From the sequence record NC_041994.1: a stretch of DNA of 64,000 nt; one strand, given 5' to 3'. The first letter of the stretch is position 1. Each line of letters begins with the position of its first letter. The notes under the pieces are model-generated. The model was given only the letters and a program-made list of their open reading frames with translations, was not told the origin of the DNA and did not search any database. Position numbers and translations under genes: made by a program. Below are positions 18,843-26,518 of this stretch, one piece after another.

Positions 18843-19709
18843 ATGGATCGTTACAGCAGTCCGTTCATCGGTCAGAATGGTTACGGCCGGGGCCAGTCCC
18901 CGGGCACGATCAACCTGGCTCAAGCAGGTACGCACACCTTGGCACCGGACCTGGCGAACATCGCCAGCAACACGCCACTGGTTGCGCGTAACCTGGTTCC
19001 ATTTCTCATCGAAGCGCCTCGCTTCTTTGAGTTCTTGCCGAACCGCGATCTGGCAGTCCGCTGCCTGAAAGCGTTCATCGAGAAGCACACTCGGACCATC
19101 AACGGTCTGAACCAACAGATCTCGGTCGATACCGCGGACAACCAGTACGGTGGTTCCGGTGAAGCGATCAAGGTTGCGACCAACGTGACGCGTGCGGTAT
19201 CCAGCCCAACCTTCGGTGGTTGGGAACTGCAAGGTCGCGCGGTAACCCGCTTCATCAAGTGGTGGATTCAGTACGGTATTGGTGATGAAAACACCAAGAT
19301 CCCGCTGGTCGTATCCGATGGGCAGGTAGCAGCAGCAGACTACGACGCATCGTTCTACGGTGCCACCATTCTGTTCGTTGAACCCGACGCGACTTTCAGC
19401 GAGCCGATCTCGGCTTGGCTGGGCACCAACATGTTCCCTCTGGCTACCCCGCCTTGGGAAGGTCGTAAAGACGCCGGTCAGCTGGGTCAGAACCTGGAGT
19501 TCGATATCGAGTTCTCCATGGTTTCGGACGTGTCGGTTGGTACTCTGATTTTCGCTCGCGAAATGATGCGTTCCCTGAACCTGCGCGGTATGAACCCGAA
19601 CGATCGTCGTCTGTGGTTCACCGGTGTAAGCGCCGACGTAGGTGCCGCTCAGAACGGTCTGCAACAGCAGCTGATCGAAGGCGCCGCCGCTCGTCAGAAC
19701 GTTGGTTAA
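18843..19709 (+). CDS. Tail tube protein (phiKZ gp30-like)
   Basis: 288 aa directly after the sheath; strong codon bias. Confidence 0.8.
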   Translation: MDRYSSPFIGQNGYGRGQSPGTINLAQAGTHTLAPDLANIASNTPLVARNLVPFLIEAPRFFEFLPNRDLAVRCLKAFIEKHTRTINGLNQQISVDTADNQYGGSGEAIKVATNVTRAVSSPTFGGWELQGRAVTRFIKWWIQYGIGDENTKIPLVVSDGQVAAADYDASFYGATILFVEPDATFSEPISAWLGTNMFPLATPPWEGRKDAGQLGQNLEFDIEFSMVSDVSVGTLIFAREMMRSLNLRGMNPNDRRLWFTGVSADVGAAQNGLQQQLIEGAAARQNVG

Positions 19710-19722
19710 GGGGTGACCTGAT

Positions 19723-19896
19723 ATGGCAACCGCGCAGACTCAGTCCACACCTCCTAAAGCCGGGACTCCGGGCCAAGCTCAGGCAACTGAGCGGAAACCT
19801 CAGAGTCAACTGGTGTCCACGGACATCGCGGCTGCCACCAACGGCTTTGCTGGTGACCTGGAGGCGGCTGCTGCTAGCCGCATTCAGTACAGCTAA
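19723..19896 (+). CDS. 57-aa Ala/Gln/Thr-rich small protein (not in ORF track)
   Basis: MATAQTQSTPPKAGTPGQAQATERKPQSQLVSTDIAAATNGFAGDLEAAAASRIQYS*; lies between the tube stop and the terminator. Confidence 0.6.
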   Translation: MATAQTQSTPPKAGTPGQAQATERKPQSQLVSTDIAAATNGFAGDLEAAAASRIQYS

Positions 19897-19902
19897 GTAA
19901 AA

Positions 19903-19939
19903 ACATACGGCCCCTCCCACTATGGGAGGGGTCTATGTC
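19903..19939 (+). terminator. Hairpin terminator
   Basis: acata-cgg-cccctccca-cta-tgggagggg-tc-tatgt. Confidence 0.75.
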
Positions 19940-19962
19940 CGCCTAGTGCAAAAGATCTCACG

Positions 19963-19982
19963 TCTATATCACCTGCTTGATA
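19963..19982 (+). promoter_or_regulatory. Putative early promoter
   Basis: tctatatcac-ctgc-ttgata, 48 nt before ATG 20011. Confidence 0.65.
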
Positions 19983-20010
19983 ACCCAAACATCCCTGTCA
20001 AGGAATAATC

Positions 20011-20277
20011 ATGTTCAAGCTATTTGCTGTTGCAGTAATGGTCGTGCTCTCTGGTTGCGCTAGCGCTAACAACTACGAGGAGATGTATCAACGCAGTTAC
20101 GTGGTGGATTGCCGCGGTTACATCTGCGTTGATCAGGAAACCGGTGAAGTCACGATGCTCGATAAGAAAGGCCCACCACGCAATGGATCTGTTATTAACT
20201 TCACACACCCGTACTCACTGGATGAGATCAAGGCAGCCACGCCTTACATTCTTAAACGATACCGTGGGGAAGAATAA
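20011..20277 (+). CDS. Putative lipoprotein
   Basis: Signal peptide with lipobox LSG-C (MFKLFAVAVMVVLSGCASA). Confidence 0.7.
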   Translation: MFKLFAVAVMVVLSGCASANNYEEMYQRSYVVDCRGYICVDQETGEVTMLDKKGPPRNGSVINFTHPYSLDEIKAATPYILKRYRGEE

Positions 20278-20924
20278 TGAGCAACATCAGCGCCCTGTAT
20301 CCGACGCATGTCGAATGCAACGACAGCCTCGGTAATTACTTCAACATTCACTTGTTAGGGTTCATCCCAACCAAGCTGGACAAGTTGGGGGAACTGCCGA
20401 ACATGCACATCTACGACCCCGAGTCGAAGTTCCAGTTCTTTCTGCGACTAGAGTTCGTGGGTGACATAGAGCTCACCCGTAAGACGCTGTCAATGTACGA
20501 CATTCAAACAGTGGTCGATATGTACACCGACCTGATTGTACTGTTTGTTAAGCGGGCAGGTATCAGTATCCCTGAGCGGGCATTGATCTCAGACGTTGAG
20601 TTCCTGATCCGTAACTTCATCAAGACGGGCGTTACCCACAGCTTCGGCTGGCTGTACCGTGGGTCGTCCAAGAGCTTTATCTTCGAAGTGGGTGTGGTGT
20701 TCTTTCACGTCGTGTTAGATGAACCACAAGACAAGGGCTTCTCGGTAATGGTCAATGGTGTCAGGCACCAATGCTACATCCTGACGACACCCACCAAAGC
20801 GGCCCTCGACCCATGGACACTGTTTGAGATCAAACCCAACATCTTCCAGCAATTAGAAGACTGGTTCAATAACGCTGTTAACTCTTCGCCGTACATGCGG
20901 GCTGAATTCAAGATTCCACGTTAG
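20277..20924 (+). CDS. Hypothetical protein
   Basis: TAATG coupling with the lipoprotein gene; 215 aa. Confidence 0.7.
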   Translation: MSNISALYPTHVECNDSLGNYFNIHLLGFIPTKLDKLGELPNMHIYDPESKFQFFLRLEFVGDIELTRKTLSMYDIQTVVDMYTDLIVLFVKRAGISIPERALISDVEFLIRNFIKTGVTHSFGWLYRGSSKSFIFEVGVVFFHVVLDEPQDKGFSVMVNGVRHQCYILTTPTKAALDPWTLFEIKPNIFQQLEDWFNNAVNSSPYMRAEFKIPR

Positions 20925-20925
20925 A

Positions 20926-20966
20926 CGGCATATGGGAGGGGGTTGACCCCTCCCGCCTTTTTATTT
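20926..20966. terminator. Bidirectional hairpin terminator (inverted stem orientation)
   Basis: acggcata-t-gggagggg-gttga-cccctccc-gccttttt between convergent genes. Confidence 0.75.
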
Positions 20967-22193
20967 TGCGTAGTGGTCTTTTGTCATCGTCCGAAGAACA
21001 ATGTACAACAAGGTACCGGTTCGCACCGCAGCGATCTGTGCTTCATAACGATTCTTGCCCGTAGCCGAGCGAACGAGCTTTTCAGTTTCGTTACGCAGGA
21101 GCATCACGGATGGGTCGGTCGAACGAGACGCCGTCAGCAACGACTTCAACTTCGCGATGTTGGTCGCAAGGTCATTACGTTGTACCGCAGGCAAACGGTT
21201 CACGTACAGGTGATCGAACGAATAGAGGAGAACCTCTTTGACGATCTCTTGTGCGTAGCCATGGTGAGGTGCGAAATAGTTATTCGACAGATAACGGAGC
21301 GTAGTAACGAGCAATGGCTTCGGCATGGTGTTCATAGCCGACGCTACGACGTCTACAAGCTCGTCTCGGATGAATGACCGCTCGTTGGGTATGATGTCAT
21401 TGATGTAGCGCATAAACGACGCGTAGCCGTTCTTACGGTCTTTGAGCACCAACTCCCCATCGGCGTTGATTGCCGTGTCCGAAGCCGTCTTAACCCGAAC
21501 GCCCGTATCACTGAAGTGTTTGTGGATCGCATAGATCTTCTTGATCAGTTCACGGATACGCGACTGGGTATCGGTCACCGTACGGATCAGCATGCCGTCA
21601 GGGGTGAACTCCTGCAACGTGCGGTAGTAGATCGACTTCGAGCTGACGATGTCTTCAGCACGGGCACGAATCAGATCACGCCACGAACCATACTTACGGA
21701 TGTCGAAACGTCCGTTCAGTGCTAGGTATACCGCGGTCGCTACTTCTTTGTCGGCTGGGTATTGGAACCGCTTCACCAACAACGAGGTGATGAAACGATA
21801 GTGGAGGATCATGTACGCATGCACCATTGCTTCGTGCTTCAGTGCTTGGGGTACGCCCGATGCATCCATCAGCCGGTGGACGATGTAAGCCGGGGTATAG
21901 TTGAAGGCGTCTGACATGACGTTGAATTCGTGGTTGATCGAGGTGATCTTCCCGAAGTCGGCGAGGAACAAGTCTTCGTCGATCTCCAGTACTTCCTCGT
22001 ACCACGCATCGCGGTCACTGTCGAAGAATTTAATGGGGTTAACCCCAAGCAGCACACCCCCAAAGAACGCGGAGTGGTCTTCATTGCGATTCATGAAGCG
22101 AATGGAATATTGGATTACTCGCTTACAGAACGCAGCATCGAATTTCACGTGATCGAACTGACGGTCGAACACATCTTTAATCGTGACTGTCAT
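20961..22193 (-). CDS. Conserved virion/head protein (phiKZ gp32-like)
   Basis: 410 aa; FMNRNEDH..FFGGVLLGV recalled from phiKZ-like core protein; synteny. Confidence 0.6.
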   Translation of the reverse strand: MTVTIKDVFDRQFDHVKFDAAFCKRVIQYSIRFMNRNEDHSAFFGGVLLGVNPIKFFDSDRDAWYEEVLEIDEDLFLADFGKITSINHEFNVMSDAFNYTPAYIVHRLMDASGVPQALKHEAMVHAYMILHYRFITSLLVKRFQYPADKEVATAVYLALNGRFDIRKYGSWRDLIRARAEDIVSSKSIYYRTLQEFTPDGMLIRTVTDTQSRIRELIKKIYAIHKHFSDTGVRVKTASDTAINADGELVLKDRKNGYASFMRYINDIIPNERSFIRDELVDVVASAMNTMPKPLLVTTLRYLSNNYFAPHHGYAQEIVKEVLLYSFDHLYVNRLPAVQRNDLATNIAKLKSLLTASRSTDPSVMLLRNETEKLVRSATGKNRYEAQIAAVRTGTLLYIVLRTMTKDHYAK

Positions 22194-22210
22194 GACTCTG
22201 TCCGATATGA

Positions 22211-22230
22211 GTTAAGTTCACAAGATTGAG
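22211..22230 (-). promoter_or_regulatory. Possible late promoter, degenerate copy
   Basis: Minus strand ctcaatctTGTGaacttaac resembles the 15585 and 16676 repeat. Confidence 0.35.
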
Positions 22231-22246
22231 TTAAAAAGACTACAGA

Positions 22247-22266
22247 CCTAGATTATAGTAATGAAT
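22247..22266 (+). promoter_or_regulatory. Putative early promoter, degenerate copy
   Basis: cctagattat-agta-atgaat, 51 nt before ATG 22298. Confidence 0.45.
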
Positions 22267-22297
22267 ACAACCGCAATGACTACCAACAAGGACTTTT

Positions 22298-23278
22298 ATG
22301 TCGCATAAAGAAAAACGGGTTTTGATTCTGTGGTCAGGTGGTGTGGATTCCACCGTACTTGTGGACATGGCCCTTGAGAAAAAGCACAAGGTTTACTGGG
22401 TCAGTCTGGAGTGTGGGCAACCGCATACGCAGATAAGAGCGGAAACGGAGGCCCGCGCTAAACTGGAAAAACGGTTCCTTGAACTCTACCCAGATCATGC
22501 TGCGATCATGGATCAGGTTCGGAGTCTACTGGAAGTCGATACCAGTAAAACGAAGATGCCTGTCAAACAGTTATCGGGTTGGCTCTTCCACTTAGTCAGC
22601 ATGACCCGCATGGGTGAACACGGCTATTACTACGATGAAGTTCAACTGGGTTATCTGCTCAACGATGACGCTGCCGCGTCAGCAGTGCATTTAGCCAAGG
22701 CGTTTGAATACGCGTGCCGCGCTATTAACGGTGATGATTACGATCCACCGAAGATGACGTTCCCATTGATCCGCTACCGTAAGGGTACGTTGATCAAACA
22801 CCTGCGTCAAAAGGGACTGCTCCAGCACGTACATGTCTGCGAACTACCCTCACTGCACGATGATGGTTGGCATCAATGCAACCAGTGCCCGGCTTGCCAT
22901 CGGCACAACAACGCCGAAGCCGAAGTCAAGATGTACGAAGATGCACGCTACCTAGGCAACTTACTCTGCGATTGGGACAAGACGACCGCAACCCAAACCG
23001 CCAACGCCGAACGACTTGATCGACTGAAGGATCTAACGAATGAAACCTCTGAACAAACGCCTCAACATGATGACCACGTTAGCCAGCTTGATGAGCCTGC
23101 GCGGGGAGGACCTGTCGAAGGGGACGTGGGGTTGGCCGGGTCAGAACTTCGACAATCCAGTGGAGAAGAATCCGAATCCAAAGCTCGAACGGAATCGGAT
23201 GAGGAGCAAGGCGTGGCCGAAGTTCTCGGTGCATGGCAGCAACACTCAGATCAACATGAAGATACAGTGCGGGGATAA
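22298..23278 (+). CDS. QueC-like PP-loop ATPase
   Basis: ILWSGGVDST PP-loop, QLGYLLND, FPL and a C-terminal Cys cluster C-x11-CxxCxxC; last ~80 aa overlap the next ORF. Confidence 0.75.
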   Translation: MSHKEKRVLILWSGGVDSTVLVDMALEKKHKVYWVSLECGQPHTQIRAETEARAKLEKRFLELYPDHAAIMDQVRSLLEVDTSKTKMPVKQLSGWLFHLVSMTRMGEHGYYYDEVQLGYLLNDDAAASAVHLAKAFEYACRAINGDDYDPPKMTFPLIRYRKGTLIKHLRQKGLLQHVHVCELPSLHDDGWHQCNQCPACHRHNNAEAEVKMYEDARYLGNLLCDWDKTTATQTANAERLDRLKDLTNETSEQTPQHDDHVSQLDEPARGGPVEGDVGLAGSELRQSSGEESESKARTESDEEQGVAEVLGAWQQHSDQHEDTVRG

Positions 23279-25442
23279 CATCGTCGGTGAGCTCCGCCTG
23301 CTCGATCCACGTAATGATCGTGAGCCTGACAACTTCAACATGTTGCCGGGTGCTGAAGACGCTGAGCTGATGCACGATGATCCGAACTGGGCGCTGGTGA
23401 TCCAGCAGATCCACCATTCGGTTTCGAACAACCCGCTGGACTTCTGGGCTGCGCTAGACACCATCTTCATGATGGCCATGCAGGGCTTCAAGGTACGGGC
23501 CTGGGGTTACAACGACAAGTACGTGTTTGTCAACGGTGAATGCCTTCCTGACTCGAACGACCAGTACGGTCGGTTTATGTTCTACATGGACGTAACCACC
23601 CGTAACCACTGGACGCCTCAAGGCAAGGACAGTCCACCAATGATTCGCCCTGCGTTTGACTTGGGTGGTGTAGACCTGAGTCAGGCTACGGCGCACATCG
23701 ACTACCGGGATGCTCAGGGCAACCCCATGATGTTGGCCCCGGATGAAGAGTTGTTTCACGGCACGGTTATCAAGAAGGAGTGTGATGGGCTTCCACCTAT
23801 CACGATCCCAACCGCTGAAGACATCGAACGCTTCCAGGCCGAGTCACCCCTCAGGAAATGGTCGGACATCAAAGTCGATATCCCAACGGCTGATCAAGTC
23901 ACTGACGCTCTGATGAACCCCACTGGGTACTTCATCCTGATGGATGAGGACGGTAATCCGATCAAGCGTGATAAGAGTCAGTACTACGACAAGATCGTTG
24001 GGGCGGTGGGTACGTCGTCTACCGGCATCAGCTATTCGAAGGAGTCCTTTGCCAACATGGACATCGGTAAGCTCGATGCCGAGATCCGTTCACTGCAAGC
24101 AAAGTTCATGGGGTTACCTAAAGCACTGTTAGAGCCAGAGCCACTGCATATCAGCATTCGTGCTCACACGGCTCCGTTCCTGAAAGACCACTACGACATG
24201 CCCGCGCATCTGGCGGGTAAGATGCCGGGGATTATTGGACCATTGGGTAATAAGCCCGCGGAACCAATCATGTCGGTCAGTGAACTGATGGCTGCTGCTG
24301 AGCGAGCATTGTCTGTTCAACCGTTCATGTTCGAATCAGTGCCTAAACTCACAGTCCATCGTGGTAAACATCGGACACCTCAACAGGGTGACCCGATGCA
24401 TTACAAGATCGACTTCAGCGGTTTGTGGCCGGTCGTTGAACGTGAGGAGCAGGCTGAAGACCTCAACGTGGATTGGGATGTACTGACGGACCCTACCCGG
24501 TTTGTTGAACAACCCAAGACATGGAAAGGAGCTTGTGAAGAAACAGAACTGCCTGACGCCTTGACGTTTGGTACGGCGCTCTACGAACCACCCATGATCA
24601 GCCACATTCCAGTGGTCGATAAAATGGGTAACCCAGTACTCGATGCCACGGTCAGTCCTACAAGACACCATCCGAAGATGGATAACCCAGCCAACATAAC
24701 CAAGGAGATGATTGCTGTACCGGCTGATTGTGATTGCATTCACTGCGCTCAGGAACGGGCAACGGCTAAAGGCATGGTACTGGAAGACCACACGGTCGAC
24801 GCATTGGCTACAGCGTTCCAGGGTATGGTTACACACGACATGGTGGAACGCATCAAGGACCATGGTGCGATCGATGGTGAGTGTGCGCCCGTAGCCGGTA
24901 TATTCATCGGGGCAGATGAGGGGAAGGAGAAGCCACGCGATCCATGCCCGGAAGGTTGCGATTGCATGGATTGTCAAATAACGGACCGTGCGACAGCGCT
25001 TGTTACTAAGGTGGTCAATACTGTCTTAGACGAACAGGCCATTCCGGGTGAGTTGGCAACTCCCGCACTACCACGTGAAATAACACCTGAGGATCGGGAG
25101 TGGGCGGCTAATCGCGTATCGGGTCTGATGCGGCATAATCTTGGTTTGCCACTTAGTGATGCCGAACAAGCGGCGGCACCAGATGCTATCGCACAATCCG
25201 ACGACCGTAAGAAGGATCTGCTCATTAAAGGTCCAAGTGATGTCCCTGGGTACCGACTGGACCATACCGTCGAGATTGGCGGACATGCGGTCGACTACTA
25301 CAAACAAAACCTCGACGCTCCGGAAACGGAGATCCCAACAACCGATCTCGACTTGGAGAACAACCCAGACAACTGGGACAACTTCCTGGATGAGCCGTCG
25401 GCCGGCGTGCCGCGCCACGAAGACGGGGATGACAAACAGTAG
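23040..25442 (+). CDS. 800-aa acidic, Pro-rich hypothetical protein with two CxCxxC motifs
   Basis: GAAGGA 8 nt before ATG 23040; long open frame; true start uncertain. Confidence 0.7.
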   Translation: MKPLNKRLNMMTTLASLMSLRGEDLSKGTWGWPGQNFDNPVEKNPNPKLERNRMRSKAWPKFSVHGSNTQINMKIQCGDNIVGELRLLDPRNDREPDNFNMLPGAEDAELMHDDPNWALVIQQIHHSVSNNPLDFWAALDTIFMMAMQGFKVRAWGYNDKYVFVNGECLPDSNDQYGRFMFYMDVTTRNHWTPQGKDSPPMIRPAFDLGGVDLSQATAHIDYRDAQGNPMMLAPDEELFHGTVIKKECDGLPPITIPTAEDIERFQAESPLRKWSDIKVDIPTADQVTDALMNPTGYFILMDEDGNPIKRDKSQYYDKIVGAVGTSSTGISYSKESFANMDIGKLDAEIRSLQAKFMGLPKALLEPEPLHISIRAHTAPFLKDHYDMPAHLAGKMPGIIGPLGNKPAEPIMSVSELMAAAERALSVQPFMFESVPKLTVHRGKHRTPQQGDPMHYKIDFSGLWPVVEREEQAEDLNVDWDVLTDPTRFVEQPKTWKGACEETELPDALTFGTALYEPPMISHIPVVDKMGNPVLDATVSPTRHHPKMDNPANITKEMIAVPADCDCIHCAQERATAKGMVLEDHTVDALATAFQGMVTHDMVERIKDHGAIDGECAPVAGIFIGADEGKEKPRDPCPEGCDCMDCQITDRATALVTKVVNTVLDEQAIPGELATPALPREITPEDREWAANRVSGLMRHNLGLPLSDAEQAAAPDAIAQSDDRKKDLLIKGPSDVPGYRLDHTVEIGGHAVDYYKQNLDAPETEIPTTDLDLENNPDNWDNFLDEPSAGVPRHEDGDDKQ

Positions 25443-25510
25443 GGCTAGCGCCAGCTAGATTGTTCTAGTATTCAGTCTATCTGGCTTTGCTCTTTCATTA
25501 ACCTTTCGAC

Positions 25511-25556
25511 GACATAGACCGAGGGACTCTGTCCCTCGGATTCTATTCTGTTTTTT
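25511..25556 (+). terminator. Intrinsic terminator
   Basis: gacata-ga-ccgagggac-tct-gtccctcgg-attctatt...tttttt. Confidence 0.7.
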
Positions 25557-25559
25557 AAA

Positions 25560-25690
25560 ATAAATAGAAAAGAAAAACTAGATATAAAGATTTATAGGGG
25601 GAGGGAGTCGGACGACCGACCCCTATAAATATCCTTATTCTTTAGTAAGGGGGTATACCCCCCTCATATGGGGTACCCCCCCCCCAGTAG
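25560..25690. other. AT-rich, palindrome-dense non-coding island (origin or pac candidate)
   Basis: A-rich tract, atttataggg...ccctataaat stem, perfect palindromes gggggtataccccc and ggggtacccc, C10 run. Confidence 0.45.
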
Positions 25691-25800
25691 CAGACGGCAA
25701 AAGAGCCCCTCACAAGGAGGGGCGATAACGCAACGGGTTATGTAACGAAGCCACAACCCAAGTGTTCCCAACCAAAGAAACATAACATAGGACAATCCTA

Positions 25801-26046
25801 ATGCGGACCATCGTCGTAGCACTTCTGAACAAACCGGCTAACTACGATTTCCCTGACTTACCTGTGACGTTTAACCACCCAACTGTTCCGGGCGTACGAT
25901 TCATGCTGCACGCCGATCCTCAGACCGAAACACACTGTGCCAATCAGGTTCATAACTACGACCTGATCATGGACCTCAAAGAACTCAACAGTTCAATTCC
26001 GTTGGTTAAGCAAATAGTCGAGTCAGCCGACCGCCTTTTGAACTGA
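25801..26046 (+). CDS. Hypothetical protein
   Basis: AGGA SD; 81 aa. Confidence 0.6.
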   Translation: MRTIVVALLNKPANYDFPDLPVTFNHPTVPGVRFMLHADPQTETHCANQVHNYDLIMDLKELNSSIPLVKQIVESADRLLN

Positions 26047-26054
26047 AACTAAGA

Positions 26055-26075
26055 ACTATATCACTAAGGTGAATT
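26055..26075 (+). promoter_or_regulatory. Putative early promoter
   Basis: actatatcac-taag-gtgaatt; identical to the 6184 site outside the spacer. Confidence 0.7.
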
Positions 26076-26129
26076 ATCCTACGTTGGGGACACAACGAAA
26101 TCCTTCTTACTGCAATCGGAGCTTTTCTC

Positions 26130-26483
26130 ATGCAGCAAAAAACCGAGATCCCTTTCAGCGACCTGACCATGGAGGACCGTAGCGAGGTCTCCCGTGTACT
26201 CCTGTTCTGGAACCGCCCACACCCGGCTTTCGTCAACGACGAAGTCATCGCCCGTCTGGTCAAACAAACCGACGGTCCTTTCCAGATCAACTTCGTAACC
26301 GAGCCTGATCGTGCACCGGCCATCGACATCGTGTTCGAAGGCGGCTTTGCCTTCAACTTCTCCCTGTACAAATGGGACATCGGTATCGAAGAAGCGACCC
26401 AGCTGTTCAACGAGTTCATCGAACAGAACCTGGACGTCGCCAACGACTATTTCCTAGACCATCCCAAGTGGCTTGGTCTGTAA
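26130..26483 (+). CDS. Hypothetical acidic protein
   Basis: 117 aa; strong codon bias; upstream of phuZ. Confidence 0.7.
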   Translation: MQQKTEIPFSDLTMEDRSEVSRVLLFWNRPHPAFVNDEVIARLVKQTDGPFQINFVTEPDRAPAIDIVFEGGFAFNFSLYKWDIGIEEATQLFNEFIEQNLDVANDYFLDHPKWLGL

Positions 26484-26518
26484 TCCGCAACTAACCTTTC
26501 CTAACCTGGAGCAACACA

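Noticed and set aside
19700-19725. Programmed frameshift or readthrough from tail tube into the 57-aa ORF
   Set aside because: No slippery heptamer before the TAA; the small ORF has its own ATG and a purine-rich upstream sequence.
22298-23278. A complete 7-deazaguanine DNA-modification cluster or Qat defence system
   Set aside because: Only the QueC-like gene is recognisable; no folE, queD, queE, dpdA or qatA/B/D is evident in the window.
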